DNA from: Octopus vulgaris
Lineage: Eukaryota
DNA: 64,000 bases
NCBI GenBank assembly: GCA_951406725.2
Contig: OX597817.1
Coordinates: 174,406,001-174,470,000, forward strand
Direction: 5' to 3'
Position numbers and translations under genes: made by a program. Position 1 is the first letter of the stretch, and every line of letters starts with the position of its first letter. Under the pieces are notes generated by a model. The model did not search any database and had not been told where the DNA came from. It saw nothing but the letters and a program-made list of their open reading frames with translations. Below, in pieces: positions 51,395 through 64,000 of this stretch.

Positions 51395-52079
51395 AAAGTA
51401 GATGGAACATGTGGAAGTGGAAGACTTAGGTAGACAAGGGATGAAGTACTGAAGAATGACCTGAGGTTGCTGAACCTTTCAGGTGAGATAACAAAGGACC
51501 AAGATGCTCGGTGCCTTGCTGTATTTAAGAAACCCTTGTCTTCTGCAGCAGAAGTGTTGAGACGGGTCCCTCTGGTGCTGTAAAGCACTCATCGTGGTGC
51601 CACGTATAAAAGTGCCTGTGCTGTGCCATGTAAAAGCACCCATGCAATGCCATGTAAAAGTGCCCCTGTGCAGTGTCGAATAATGGTGCCCATGAGTGCC
51701 ACATAAAAGCTACCATGTGGTGCCACATAAAATCACTCATGCAGTAAAGTGGTTGGTGTTAGGAAGGGCATCCAGCCGTAGATACCATGTCAAATCAGAC
51801 TGGTCAAACTGTCCAACCTATGCCAGCATGGACAATGGATATCAAATGTTGCTGCTGCTGCTGCTGATGATGATATATATATAAATAATTAAATAAAAAA
51901 AAAAACACCTTTTATCAATTCAATAATGAAAAATTAAATTATACCATTTAGAAAAATAACTTATATATAGAAAGATTAAATATAAGATAAAACATATAAC
52001 AAAGGTTAAGTAATGTTAAAAAATAAATAAAATTTATATATTTAAGTTTGGAATAATATTCCCTCACATTATTATTATC

Positions 52080-52120
<41 letters not shown>

Positions 52121-52128
52121 TATATATA

Positions 52129-52522
52129 CTAGCAGTATCGCCCGGCGTTGCTCGGGTTTGTAAGGGAAATAACTATATAAGCATTTTTAGAGATGTAAAG
52201 TATAATAGCTATCTCAATATGGCTAACCACAAAGGGGGGGGTGTTACTGTAGCTTTTTGCGTTCTGAGATTTAATAATACATTTTTAGAGAGTTACTTCC
52301 CTTATATAATAGCAAAAAAATGCATTAAAAATGGGAAAAAATGATGGTAAATCTTTTTTTAAATCGTAGACTAATCGTAGATGCTCGCTAATACCCAGAA
52401 GGGCTCGATATGAATCACGACTATAAGATACCCGGTTTTGGTTAAACTGCACCACAAAATGTGGGAGTAGTTAGGAATCTAAATCGTAGGAGACAGACAC
52501 ACAACTCTTTTATATATAAAGA
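52129..52522 (-). mobile_element. Non-autonomous Helitron
   Basis: Minus strand starts TC(TTTATATATAAAAG) and ends with the hairpin CCCGAGCAACGCCGGG then CTAG; inserted between A and T with no TSD. Confidence 0.88.
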
Positions 52523-53092
52523 TATATACACACACACATACACACACACACACACACTCACACAGTATATATTTATTTACAGCTGCTGTCAGATTATCTT
52601 ATTCTTGAATGATCAACATTTTGTTTTCCAAAAACCAAACCAAAGAACAAAATAATCTCATCTTAAAGTTTAAATCAAAATATTTATTGCTTTCAGAATT
52701 GTCTCATGCCTCATGCCTTTTTCATTCTTCTTTTGCACATGAACCTTTTGTTGAGCCTGGGGCTATAGATACTTAGGTACTTGGCCCAGGCTGTGACTAA
52801 CTTAATAGCACCACCTGGGGAAGACAATTATGTTTCATACTACAGTCATTTTTTAGGCATCATAACCCATAAAATATAGGAGAAAACACTTACCCAGGGT
52901 GCGACACTGTCAGGTTGAACTTGAGACCATATGGCTGAGAAGCAAACTTCTTAACTCCACAGCCACACCTGAGAATAATGTTCTGAGTATGACATTATGC
53001 TGCATCCGGTAATGAGGCTTCAGTTTGGGAGCTCTGGAGTTGTGGGGAGCGTGAAATCTCCCCTTAATTACCATTACTCCCAGGTCCATTCT

Positions 53093-53326
53093 TATTTCTT
53101 TATTGCCCACAAGGGAACTAAACACAGAGGAGACAAACAAGAACAGACAAAGGGATTAAGTCGATTACATCAACCCCAGTGCGTAACTGGTACTTAATTT
53201 ATCGACCCCGAAAGGATGAAAGGCAAAGTCGACCTCGGTGGAATTTGAACCCAGAATGTAACAGCAGACGAAATTACACTAAGCATTTCACCCAGCGTGC
53301 TAACGTTTCTGCCAGCTCACCACCTT
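53093..53326 (-). mobile_element. SINE family B
   Basis: Reverse of 15879-16111; target duplication ACTCCCAGGTCCATTCT on both sides. Confidence 0.9.
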
Positions 53327-56300
53327 ATTTATTTCAGGTCAGAATGGACTCCCAGGTCCATTCTGACCTGAAATGGTAGTCCCTGGCTAGTTTCCAATAT
53401 ATGGGCAAAATAGGTTTTGTAAGAGTAGATTGAGCTCCTTAGCTGCAGTGAAAGCAATCCATGTCAGGGAACTCCAAAATCAATCCCCTCTTCCAACATG
53501 ACATAAACCAGCAGAGAAGAGGATGGCTAATGAAACTAGCATCAGGTACTTCCATTAACGTAGTTTCATACCTTGGAAGCAAGTCTCTAACATTAGTGCA
53601 CATTCTGCTGCAGGCAGAAGTAGTGGGAAATGATGATGAATGCTTTTACAAACTGTTGGATGCTGCTCAGTTATATGAACTCTAAACACTACTTATGCTC
53701 TAGTAACTAAACTTAGTGGACTATATTTCTGATGGAGCCATACCCCACTCGTTAATATTTACTGTATCATTGTTCTTTCACTTTTTTTTCTGGAAACTAA
53801 ACATGTTTTTTCCAGTTGTTAGCTCAATTTTTTCTTCTTTTTAATAAATACATTCTTTATATATTTTGAAAGTAGTTATTTTAGTATTTGATATATGAGA
53901 CAGTCGTATATGTAAGCATTGCTTGTTAATGTGTGTGTATGATAAGTAGTGTGTGTGTATGTAACTGGAAAGATTTATCTTGACTCAGATTATTGACCAA
54001 ACTCTTATCCAGATCTCCATGTCTGGTGATTCTGATGTCTATATAGATTCCCTGTCTACATTCTCTTATATTATTAAATCGATATTTGAATAGTTGAAAG
54101 ATTGCTTGCTTCCCTTATGCTCTGCTGCACTGTTTCTCAGAAAACTAGTGATAGCTATCATGTTTTTCAAGATATTTTCTACAGAAAATGTTTAGCATTG
54201 CTTGATTTACTTTCCCATTCCCCTACAAAGAATATATAAATATAATTTAATTTTTTTTGTATTTCATCTAAAGATTCTTTTTTATTCTTTCTTATTACTT
54301 TTGTAAGTTTGATTAAATCTTTTCCTTGCTTTACTTAAAAATTATGTCCTTGAAGAAAGATTTGGAAGATTTTTCTTTTTTCAAGTTAACTTTGGAAATT
54401 AATATCTACATTTAAATAATATTACCTTTTTTTATATAATTTCGCCAAAACTAAATTCAGAAAGCCAAGCAAATCTTTTATATCTTCACTTACACACATA
54501 CACACACACCAACTAATTTTTTGTTGTGTAACTTTAATTTGACATATGTTAATATAAATGGAAAAGTTTCCTTTAAAAATTATAAATGGTGATGAAATAA
54601 AAAGAAAAGAAAAATTTTTGAAAATGTCTTATTTGTGGTTATTTTGGTTACATAAGGTGTATTTAGGTGTAAATGGCTAATGATTTTCACGTTTGAAATT
54701 TTTGGCAGACTAAAGAAATCAATCTACTCACTATGTATCTAGTAGTAAATTCTATAAGGTCAGTATAACCTTATTCTGAAATACAGTACTTGAATAACTG
54801 ACCAAATATATTCAATTTTAGTTGATTGAGGAGGCTGATGTCAGGCTTATTTGTCAAGTGTTATTGCTTATAGTTTAGGAAATAGTTGAGGAAATGATAT
54901 TAAAATGCTGAAGAATAAGTGAAATGTAGAACCAGATTATTGTTAAAGGGTTGACAGCCAGCATCGCTTTTATGCTATAGAGTTGCATTAGAAGAGAAAA
55001 AAAAGTTTTTTCTATTATGGGTATGCAAAATGGCAAGAATCACACCAATGATGTGTAGATCCATTTTTAACTTGCTCCTCCTTGCTCAGATATGAACACA
55101 GCCTTTTGCTGTTGAGTTTTGTCTCAGGGAATGACTTATACTTATTGATGTGTATAAATATACTCATTCTAAGTGACATCAATGGACAATAAAACATCAG
55201 TGTTTCAGCCTGGTTGCACCTCCTCAGTGATAGACATCACCTGGTCTTTTGGAACTAGACAAAGACAATTGCTCCTATCAATTGTTTTTTATCAAGAAAA
55301 TAAGTGGGTTCAGAAGAACTTATATCAGCAGATATTTTATGTGTTACTATGGGAAAGATTAAGAACATGTATATATATATAATCCAAATGGAGATAAACA
55401 TTTTTGTTCCATGTGGCAGGCTTGACAATTGATAGGGAATTTCTCTCTTAATATGAAACCAATGGTGGCCTTAACCCATAAATAAAGAATTCTTATCCAC
55501 CAATGCAGTGGATTCACATTGTTTGATATTAAGGCATGCATAAAGTGATCAAACTTAAAGTATTCAATTAAAGTTTCTTGTTAATTTATATTCCAAACAC
55601 CACCTCATTAATGACAAAGTAATTTTACTAAATTCTTCATTATTTTCAAAATTAATTGACGCCAAAAGTAGCAATACGTAACAAAGGAGTTAAAGGCATT
55701 CCAGCCATAACTATTCTGTTATTTAGTGTGTAATTTCTAGAAGATTTGGTTGCTGTTTGAGCAGACAGAGTAGCCATATAGAGGCTTCCTTATTAACTTG
55801 AATTGAAAGATGTAAATATGAAAGGTCATACAAGAATGTTTTATAACTTTAAATGTTACATTTAAATGTCTCATCAGGCAGGGGATTATAGAAACCTTTT
55901 GTCTAATCCCATTCTTTTACTACAGTAGATCAGCTTATTGAATATGAAGCTACCATTATGATTTTCTCAATATTTTGTAATAGATATTTTTAATGTGAAT
56001 TTTTCTTAATTCCACTTTGCCAGAAAAAATTGCTCAAGACTTTGAAGAATGACTACAGCAGAAATGAGTAAGTAAATTTAGTTCAATTCTTTTGCTTATA
56101 CATACACACATACATACATACATACATACATACATACATACATACATACATACATACATACATACATACATACATACATGCATGCATATGTACATGTGGT
56201 GTATGCGGGAGATTTGAAGTAAGACACCTACCTTCTCTTTGTCAACGCAGACCTCTCCAGTGGTAATGCACCCTTCCACATGGCCCGACCCAAACGCTAG

Positions 56301-56631
56301 AAATAGCAGGTGCTTCCCTCACCTTGTCGAACACTCACATGTCCAGCACTGTCAGCTACCCCAATCAAAAAAGGCCCAATCGTCCCCTGCCTGTATGCAC
56401 GTCACTGCCGCACCTTTCCTCTTCCGGTCAGCTCCAAAGTTCTGGTCAGCTCCCCAGCTGCTGACGTCATCCCACAGTACATGCATGCATGCATGCTTGG
56501 GTGTGTGGTCAAGAAGCTGGTTTCCTGACCATGTGGTTTCAGGTTCAGTCCAACCAAAATGGACATTAAACAATGCTTTTGCTACTGATGATGATGATGT
56601 GTGTGTGTATATATATATATATATGTATAGG

Positions 56632-56939
56632 TGGAGGTGCAATGGCCCAGTGGTTAGGGCAGCGGACTCGCGGTGGGAGGATCGTGGTTTTCGATTCCCA
56701 GACCGGTTGTTGTGAGTGTTTATTGAGCGAAAACACCTAAAGCTCCACGAGGCTCCTGCAGGGGGTGGTGGTAATCCCTGCTGTACTCTTTCGCTGCAAC
56801 TTTCTCTCTTTCTTCTGTTGGCCTGCTCTCTTAGCCAGTGGGGTGGTGTCATTTGAAGGCTAAAACAATGCGAAGCGCATTGTGACCAGCGATGTGTAGC
56901 AACATCTGATAGCCTGGTTGGTCACGGTGATCATGGTGA
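56632..56939 (+). mobile_element. tRNA-derived SINE family C with RTE-like tail, in (TA)n
   Basis: A box TGGCCCAGTGG, B box GTTTTCGATTCC; tail TGTGACCAGCGATGTG..GGTCACGGTGATCATGGTGA. Confidence 0.9.
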
Positions 56940-57112
56940 TATATATGTATAGGTTCATTTGTAGAAATACATAAATCCGGAGGTGACTGCAAGATGGCAA
57001 TGTAGCTGAAGATTGATGGACAATGGCAAAAGGAGATAATCACCTAGGGTTTTACCCTTAAAAACGAGGCTTTTCCCCTCCTCCATATTTTAAAGAGGTC
57101 TCAGGCCAGCAG

Positions 57113-57179
57113 TGTTTGGGGTCTGAAGATACGCTGTAAGGCTAAACCCCTTATGAAACCCAGGGTAACCCCATAAACT
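57113..57179 (+). ncRNA. Type-I hammerhead ribozyme-like motif in a short element between (TA)n tracts
   Basis: TGGGGT-CTGAAGA-tacgct-GTAAGG-ctaaacc-CCTTAT-GAAA-CCCAGGG-TA-ACCCCA. Confidence 0.65.
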
Positions 57180-57609
57180 GGACTACCCCACTATATTATT
57201 TATATATATATATACACATATATATATACACATATACACAAAAGGCTTTGATAAACCACAATCTACCCTCATTGTTTATATCAAGTATGTGTCGGTGGTG
57301 TCAGTGTTATGTCTTTGGATAGGCAACACAAGCAGTGTCCTTCCCAAACCTAAATTATTAATATTAATTATGCAATGTATAAAGTAAATGATTTCCCATT
57401 CACTCTAAATATGCTAATTTAATGCATGCAATTCAGTAACTGGCTTCTATTTTAATGTTAGACAGGCACAATATCCCCTGTCTTTCATGTTCATTCTATA
57501 TATTAAGCATAACGATATTAATTGCACACTCTGTGAGTGCAGCTTTGATACAATAAATATAATGAAAGTAACAGCAGAAGCTAAACTGCCTCTGTAAGTG
57601 GCTATTACA

Positions 57610-57640
<31 letters not shown>

Positions 57641-57801
57641 TGTGCATGCATGCGTGTGCACATGTGTGCATGTTTGTGTGTGTTTATGCGCTGATATCAC
57701 ATCTTTACATTATATGTTTGTTATGGTTAATGGATCCAATTTTCAGAGAAATATTTCATTTCATGTAAGTGCATAAAGCAATATATTTAATATATTCGTA
57801 T

Positions 57802-57810
57802 TCGTCGTCG

Positions 57811-57895
<85 letters not shown>
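57802..57895. repeat. (CAT)n tail of a minus-strand (GAT)n-tailed retroposon (~57900-58080)
   Basis: Direct observation; source of the poly-M and poly-S ORFs. Confidence 0.9.
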
Positions 57896-59136
57896 GTCAT
57901 CATTTAATGTTTTTTTTCTCAATTCTGTCATGGATTGGACAGTTTGACATAAATCAATGAGCGTAAGGGCTGTGGTGAGCTTCAATATCTGCTTTGGCAT
58001 GGATCCTACAGTTGGATGCCCTTCATAATTCTAACCATTTCACGGAGTGTACTGGGTGCTTTTCTTTGTGGCACCAGCACTAGTCAGGTCACCAAGTTCT
58101 TGCAAAACAAGACCTCCTCAACTGATTGGGGAATAGTATTGAAGGATGTGAAAGCATTGAGAAAGGGACAGGAACAAGTGTCTTGCTGAAGAGCAGACCA
58201 CATGGACCCCCAAGCTGGAAAAAAAGGGGAGAGAGAGAAACAGATGGTGAGGGTGTACTCTCAAAGTACAAGGGGAATATGAGAGAAAATAGAGTTAGAG
58301 GAACAGAAAAGGTGGGTATGTAGGCATAGGTTTGGGGACAGAGGGTACAAGGGGTGCAAGCATAACCCTTAAATTAAAATTTTTTTTTGGTGAGTTGATG
58401 AAAACGCTTTGAACAGCCTCCTGAAGAATTGGGTTCGCACCCTTAAGGAAATTTTGTTCCTGCATTTATGTGTGTAGGTAAGTTCACTATGAAAAGAGTG
58501 TGACTGACAGGTGATTAGTGATGGAGATCGACATGGATGTAGTGAATATTAGTTTGTGAAAGGGGAAAGAAATAGGAGTTGGTCAGGGAGGAGGAGAAGG
58601 ATTTGGTAAGAGATAGTGGTAGGGATACAATGTGAAGGGTAGGGGGATAAATGGTCTCATTTACAGCACCTGAGAGAGTAGTATTGCAATTAGGAGACTG
58701 ATAGAGGGACAGGTGTTAGAAAATGAATTGTGGGCAAGGGTATGACAAAATCTCAATTTTGCTGAGATGGACAAGTACAGCATATTGCCACTCATCTCAG
58801 TTCTCTGTCGTGTCCTTTGAGATGATCAACATTTTGAGGTCAGTCTTCCCTACTTCTTCACACATCTTCCTGGTTTTCCCTTTTCCACAAGTTCCGTTCA
58901 CACTTAGCGATCAGTGAATCTAAACACACCTCATGACCATACCAGTGCAGTCTTCTCTCATACACATCTGATGTCTCTTATGTCTAGCTTTTCCTCTCTA
59001 CAGATTTGTATCTTATTGTGCATGCATACATCCACACTGACATTGAGCATGCTAGTTTAATTTCTTTTTAGTCTTCATTTCTCCTCTGCATTCATAGCAG
59101 GGTTTATTATTATTATTATCATTATTATTATTATTG

Positions 59137-59520
59137 CCTTTGCACAGCTTCTAATGCTGGAGATGTACTGCGGTGTCAGCTGTTCACTACCAGTGAACTA
59201 AGGTAACACCTCTTATTTTTTGAGCACATTCCAGAGTATCCGGGCAGTTCCAAGCAGTGCTGTTTTCTGCAAGTGCTCCACCCTTATTGCAGCTGCTATT
59301 TGTTCCATGTACTTCTCAAGATTTTTGCTCTCTGTTCCCAGGGCTCTAACAATTATTGGTACTACTGCTAACTTTTTCATCGACCACAACTGCTTAACTT
59401 CCCAACCTAACCTGTCATATCTCTCAACTTTCCTTTCTTCCTTATCGCATACCTTGTTGTCAACTGAGCATGCTATACCTATGATCCAGCATAGTTTGTT
59501 TTCTCCTGTTTTCTCTTTGT
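59137..59520 (-). mobile_element. R4/Dong-type RLE LINE 3' fragment
   Basis: ORF 59213..59575 KLCWIIGIACSVD..KVERYDRLGWEVKQLW..VVPIIVRALGT..LQKTALLGTARILWNVL; (TTA)n both sides. Confidence 0.85.
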
Positions 59521-59532
59521 TTATTATTATTA

Positions 59533-59570
<38 letters not shown>

Positions 59571-60404
59571 GTCATCTATAATTGGTCCTCTTCAGCCTCA
59601 CATGTCAAAGGTTCAAACTAAGAGAGTTCACTTCCAGAACAATATAAAAAAAATCATCAGTTTTTCACTTAGATATTGTTAACGAGGACATGCCTTATGA
59701 CATTCACAAATGTACATGCATACACATACTCACATACACTTTCACACACATATGCAATAACGAAAAAAAGAGAAAACAAGAGGTTAAAAACTTTTCAGAA
59801 GTCCTGTGTGTGTATAAACACATACACATGTACACACACACACACACATTGTAATCACAAGCTTGTGTAGGCGCAGTCGTGACTGTGTGTTCAGAAGTTT
59901 ACTCCCCAAATTGTCCAAGATGCCATGCAGTGGGACTGAACCCAGAACCATGTGGTTAGGAAGCAAACATCTTACTGCACTGCCATGCCTGCACCTTTGT
60001 CTATGTACATATAAGGCATATCTAGGTGTGTTCAGTTTCCTGTCATAAACTTAGATATCTATTTCTTATCAAACTAAGCCTTTTAGCTGATTTCTATCCT
60101 AAGACTTCCTCTGCAACACCTACAATCACTACCACATGCAAGAAGCAAGATAAGGCAAGAAAGAGATTACTGCCCAGTATGAGATCTTGTGTTAATTCAT
60201 TTTTTTTTTCTCTCATACTTCTGAATGTGATGTAGTTTGATTTCAACATTTTGGTCACATATAAGTCAACATTTTCCATCATGTAAACTCCAGGAACATG
60301 TTAGGCTTCCATTTTCCCTTTCAGTTTCTTTATATATTGTTCACCCTTCTTCATCTTGATATGAATTAATGTGTATTTTTATTTTGTGGCCACTTTCCCA
60401 GCAA

Positions 60405-60830
60405 ATGGCTGTGTGGTAAGTAGCTTGCTTATAAACCACATGGTTCCGGTTTCAGTCCCACTGCATGGCACCTTGGGCAAGTGTCTTCTACTATAGCCTC
60501 GTTGCCAACCAAATCCTCGTGAGTGGATTTGGTAGACGGAAACTGAAAGAAGCCCATCGTTTAATGTATATATATGTATATATATATGTATGTGTGTGTG
60601 TGTATGTATGTGTGTGTATATGTTTGTGTCTGTGTTTGTACCCCCAACGACTCATGACAACCGATGCTGGTGTGTTTACATCCCTGTAACTTAGCAGTTC
60701 GGTAAAAGAGACCGATAGAATAAGTACTAGGCTTACAAAGAATAAGTCCTGGAGTCGATTTGCTCAACTAAAGGTGGTACTCCAGCATGGCCACAGTCAA
60801 ATGACTGAAACAAATAAAGAGTAAAAGAGT
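60405..60830 (+). mobile_element. SINE family A, followed by a second head at ~60852-61000
   Basis: Head, core and tail match 37659-38068. Confidence 0.9.
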
Positions 60831-61234
60831 TACATTCAGTTGTTTCTACTTAGCTGTGTGGTAAGAAGTTTGCTTCCCAACCACATGGTTCTGGGTTCAG
60901 TCCCTCTGCATAGCACCTTAGACAAGTGTCTTCTACTATAAAAGCCTTGCAAATGGATCTGGTAGATGCAAACCGAAAAGGCACCCTGCATATACACATA
61001 CGTATATGTGTGTGTGTATGTGTGTGTGTGTGTGTGTGTATCATCATCATTATCTAACGTCTGTTTTCCATGCTGGCATGGGTTGGACAGTTTGTGTGGT
61101 GCTGGTAAGGCCAGGAGCTACACCAAGCCCCATTGTCTGTTCTGGCTTGTTTCTATGGCTGGATGCCCTTACCAATACCAATTAATTCACATAATGTACT
61201 GGGTGCCACCACTAGTGCTTTTGATGTAGCACCA

Positions 61235-61274
<40 letters not shown>

Positions 61275-61280
<6 letters not shown>

Positions 61281-61597
61281 AATATTAGGAATAAATCCAA
61301 ATTTACAGGAAAATCAGATTTAGGATTGAATCAATTTTATAGTATATTATATTATATTAATAGAGATAAACCATATTATGCAAACAAACAAAATTACAAT
61401 ACATAAAATTTTTATATAAATTAAATATAATTAAAATAATCACTACGATCGTTTTGAAACCACCTGAAGAATGTCTCATAGAAGTGCTGACATGAAACGA
61501 TCGCAGTGGTTATTTTAATTATATTTAATTTATATAAAATTTATGTATTGGCTTAATCTCTTTGTTTGATTTGTATAATAGTGGTTTTATTCAATCA

Positions 61598-61605
<8 letters not shown>
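61275..61605 (+). mobile_element. Inverted Penelope-like element in (TA)n with hammerhead motif at 61458-61511
   Basis: AACCAC-CTGAAGA-ATGTC-loop-GACAT-GAAA-CGATCG-CA-GTGGTT; ~61397-61455 is an inverted copy of ~61495-61550. Confidence 0.75.
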
Positions 61606-61649
<44 letters not shown>

Positions 61650-61699
61650 GCACCAGCATATATATATATACATGCTCTTACATATGCATGCGCACCTTT

Positions 61700-61965
61700 G
61701 TTTTGGGATCACCACTACTTTATTATCTCCCCTTCTTCCTAGCTCTCCTGTGTGATCCCTCTGTACAGCATTTACCATGATAGATCGCTAGCCACTAAAC
61801 CTTTTTCCTATTTTCTCTCCCTGTTTATTTCTGTGTTCCTTTCTGTCAAAGAGCGTAGGCTCGAAACGTAAAAGACTTTCTCACTTCCTGAGTGTTAAAC
61901 TAATACATCTGCTTGTTGTTTACACACCCGTCTTCGTCTTTTGTTTTTTTGTAAATTCTCATTAT
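61700..61965 (+). mobile_element. Penelope-like terminal fragment with atypical hammerhead motif (61839-61874)
   Basis: CTTT-CTGTCAAA-GAGC-GTAG-GCTC-GAAA-CG-TA-AAAG; homologous to 19915-20125. Confidence 0.65.
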
Positions 61966-62718
61966 ATATTTATATATATATACATTCACATGTATATATG
62001 TGTGTGTGTGTGTGTGTATAGTGTGTGTGTGTGTGTGTATGTTACTGTCTCCTTGCCTTGACATCATGTGATAGTTGTAAGCAAGTGACACTGTCATACA
62101 AGCAGTGTTCTTCATCTTTCAATCTTCCATGAAATCAAATCTGGTCATGGGGAAAATATTACTTTGCTTTGAAACAAGTAAGGGTTAGCAACAGGAAGAG
62201 CATTTTGCTGAACCCGGAACCATGTGGTTGGTAAGCAAACTTCTTACCACACAGCCATACCTAGTTTCTTTTCTAGCCTATGGTATTCAAAATCGCAGTG
62301 CAACACATTTGTATATTTTGTATGTTTCATTATTGTTCTGTTATCCTCGTACATCCTTACACCAAATTTCTTCCAGAAAAAGAGAAAAAAAAAATCTATA
62401 TTATTTATCTGAGCAACAGCGGTTATTATCTTCCTTCCATATTCAGTGTGAATATCTGCAGATTGTAGATAGTGAGTCTGCAGACATTGTGATTGCATCA
62501 GAGTTTTGGACTGCAGGTCATGAGGTGAAATATTTTATGCATTTCATGTCACTTGTACTTCTTTTATGATGAAATGTTAGAATTTTTCTCTAAACTATGA
62601 TTCCAAGACAAGCTAATGGCTAGGGTTTTATGTGGTTGCATGACCTGCTAGAATTTACAGCAAAAATTCTTTTAAATGAAGCACTACATCATCATCATCA
62701 TCATCATCATCAATGTTT

Positions 62719-62949
62719 TTAACCCTTTGGCATTCAAACCGGCCACATCAGGCCCAGATGTTTTACATGCTTTATGTTCAAACAGAGCAGATCTGACCTC
62801 TCACCCCTACCCTGCAATGTCATTCTGAAAACTAAACAATCACATCATTGAAATCTTAAAGCTACAAGACAATGCATGGTTAATTTAAAACAATGTGAAT
62901 AAATAAGCATTATATATCTGAGAAAATAGTTTGGATGCTGAAGGGTTAA
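62719..62949 (+). mobile_element. piggyBac-type MITE, second family
   Basis: TTAA-CCCTTTGGCATTCAAAC...GTTTGGATGCTGAAGGG-TTAA; relatives at ~35146-35218/37284-37372 (split by the rosa element) and ~37373-37560. Confidence 0.85.
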
Positions 62950-63104
62950 TTTTCACTTTTCAATGGTTGCATGGGTCAGGCAGAATTTGTTGAGGCAGAT
63001 TTTCTACAGCTGGATGTCCTTCCTGTCACTCCACGACCAAACATGTTTCCCCAGAATATTACAGACAAAAGACACCTCTTCTCATGCATGTTAGTGATGC
63101 CTAC

Positions 63105-63299
63105 TCTTTTACTCTTTTACTTGTTTCAGTCATTTGACTGTGGCCATGCTGAAGCACCGCCTTTAGTTGAGCAAATCGACCCCAGGACTTATTCTTTGTA
63201 AGCCTAGTACTTATTCTATTGGTCTTTTTTGCCGAACCGCTAAGTTACAGGGACGTAAACACACCAGCATCGGTTGGGGGGACAAATACAGACACACAA

Positions 63300-63372
<73 letters not shown>

Positions 63373-63517
63373 CATGTATACAACGGGCTTTTCAGTTTCT
63401 GTCTACCAAATCCACTCACAAGGCTTTGGTTGGCCCGAGGCTATAGTAGAAGACACTTGCCCAAGGTGCCATGCAGTGGGACTGAACCCAGAACCATACC
63501 ACACAGCCATTCCTGTG
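63105..63517 (-). mobile_element. SINE family A
   Basis: Reverse complement of family A with expanded internal (CA)n. Confidence 0.9.
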
Positions 63518-63559
63518 CTTATTTACAACTATCATATGAAGATGAGGAGAGAATAACAA

Positions 63560-64000
63560 ACACACACACCCACACACACACCCACACACACTCTCTCCCT
63601 CTCTCTCATGCATGCACACACACACCTACACACTCTCTCCCTCTCTCTCATACACCCACACACACACCCACACACACTCTCTCCCTCTCTCTCATGCATG
63701 CACACACACACCTACACACTCTCTCCCTCTCTCTCATACACCCACACACACACCCACACACACTCTCTCCCTCTCTCTCATGCATGCACACACACACCTA
63801 CACACTCTCTCCCTCTCTCTCATACACCCACACACACACCTACACACACTCTCTCCCTCTCTCTCATGCATGCACACACACACCTACACACACTCTCTCC
63901 CTCTCTCTCATGCATGCACACACACACCTACACACACTCTCTCCCTCTCTCTCATGCATGCACACACAAACACACACACTCTCACTCTCTCACATACACC
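63560..64000. repeat. Compound CA/CT minisatellite (alternating ~40-nt subunits), runs off the window end
   Basis: Repeated CACACACTCTCTCCCTCTCTCTCA followed by either TGCATGCACACACACACC or TACACCCACACACACACC. Confidence 0.9.

Noticed and set aside
57761-58000. Poly-Met / poly-Ser ORFs
   Set aside because: Translation of a (CAT)n retroposon tail.
58418-58462. CTGAAGA..GGGT/ACCC..GAAA motif
   Set aside because: No stem I or correctly placed cleavage triplet.

Overview
AT-rich, repeat-saturated eukaryotic DNA. The SINE, microsatellite and LINE content resembles a coleoid cephalopod (Octopus-like) genome; this is an inference from family recognition. The window reads as a very large intron. 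It has one well-formed 72-nt + strand exon (14846-14917, AGRVEALDKLVVENVEQIYEGKKL, host gene not recognised) and two weaker exon candidates. Almost all listed ORFs are microsatellite or SINE artefacts. Supported mobile DNA: at least four SINE families in many copies; RTE LINE 3' fragments; four distinct R4/Dong-type RLE-LINE 3' ends in (AAT)n arrays; a HERO/NeSL-like fragment; a full-length dead DD34D mariner and a truncated one; a DD41D rosa-type element with SINEs nested in its TIR; TTAA piggyBac-type MITEs; a non-autonomous Helitron; fold-back MITEs; and a ~2.7-kb inverted duplication with a 28-bp minisatellite. The most interesting signal is a dense set of minimal type-I hammerhead-ribozyme-like motifs from about six unrelated short-element families, mostly in microsatellites and often in inverted arrangements. 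One is a palindromic element whose unit is tRNA-like Pol III head + (AAT)n + hammerhead, a candidate SINE-like retrozyme. Repeat boundaries were read by eye and are approximate unless TIRs or TSDs are quoted.
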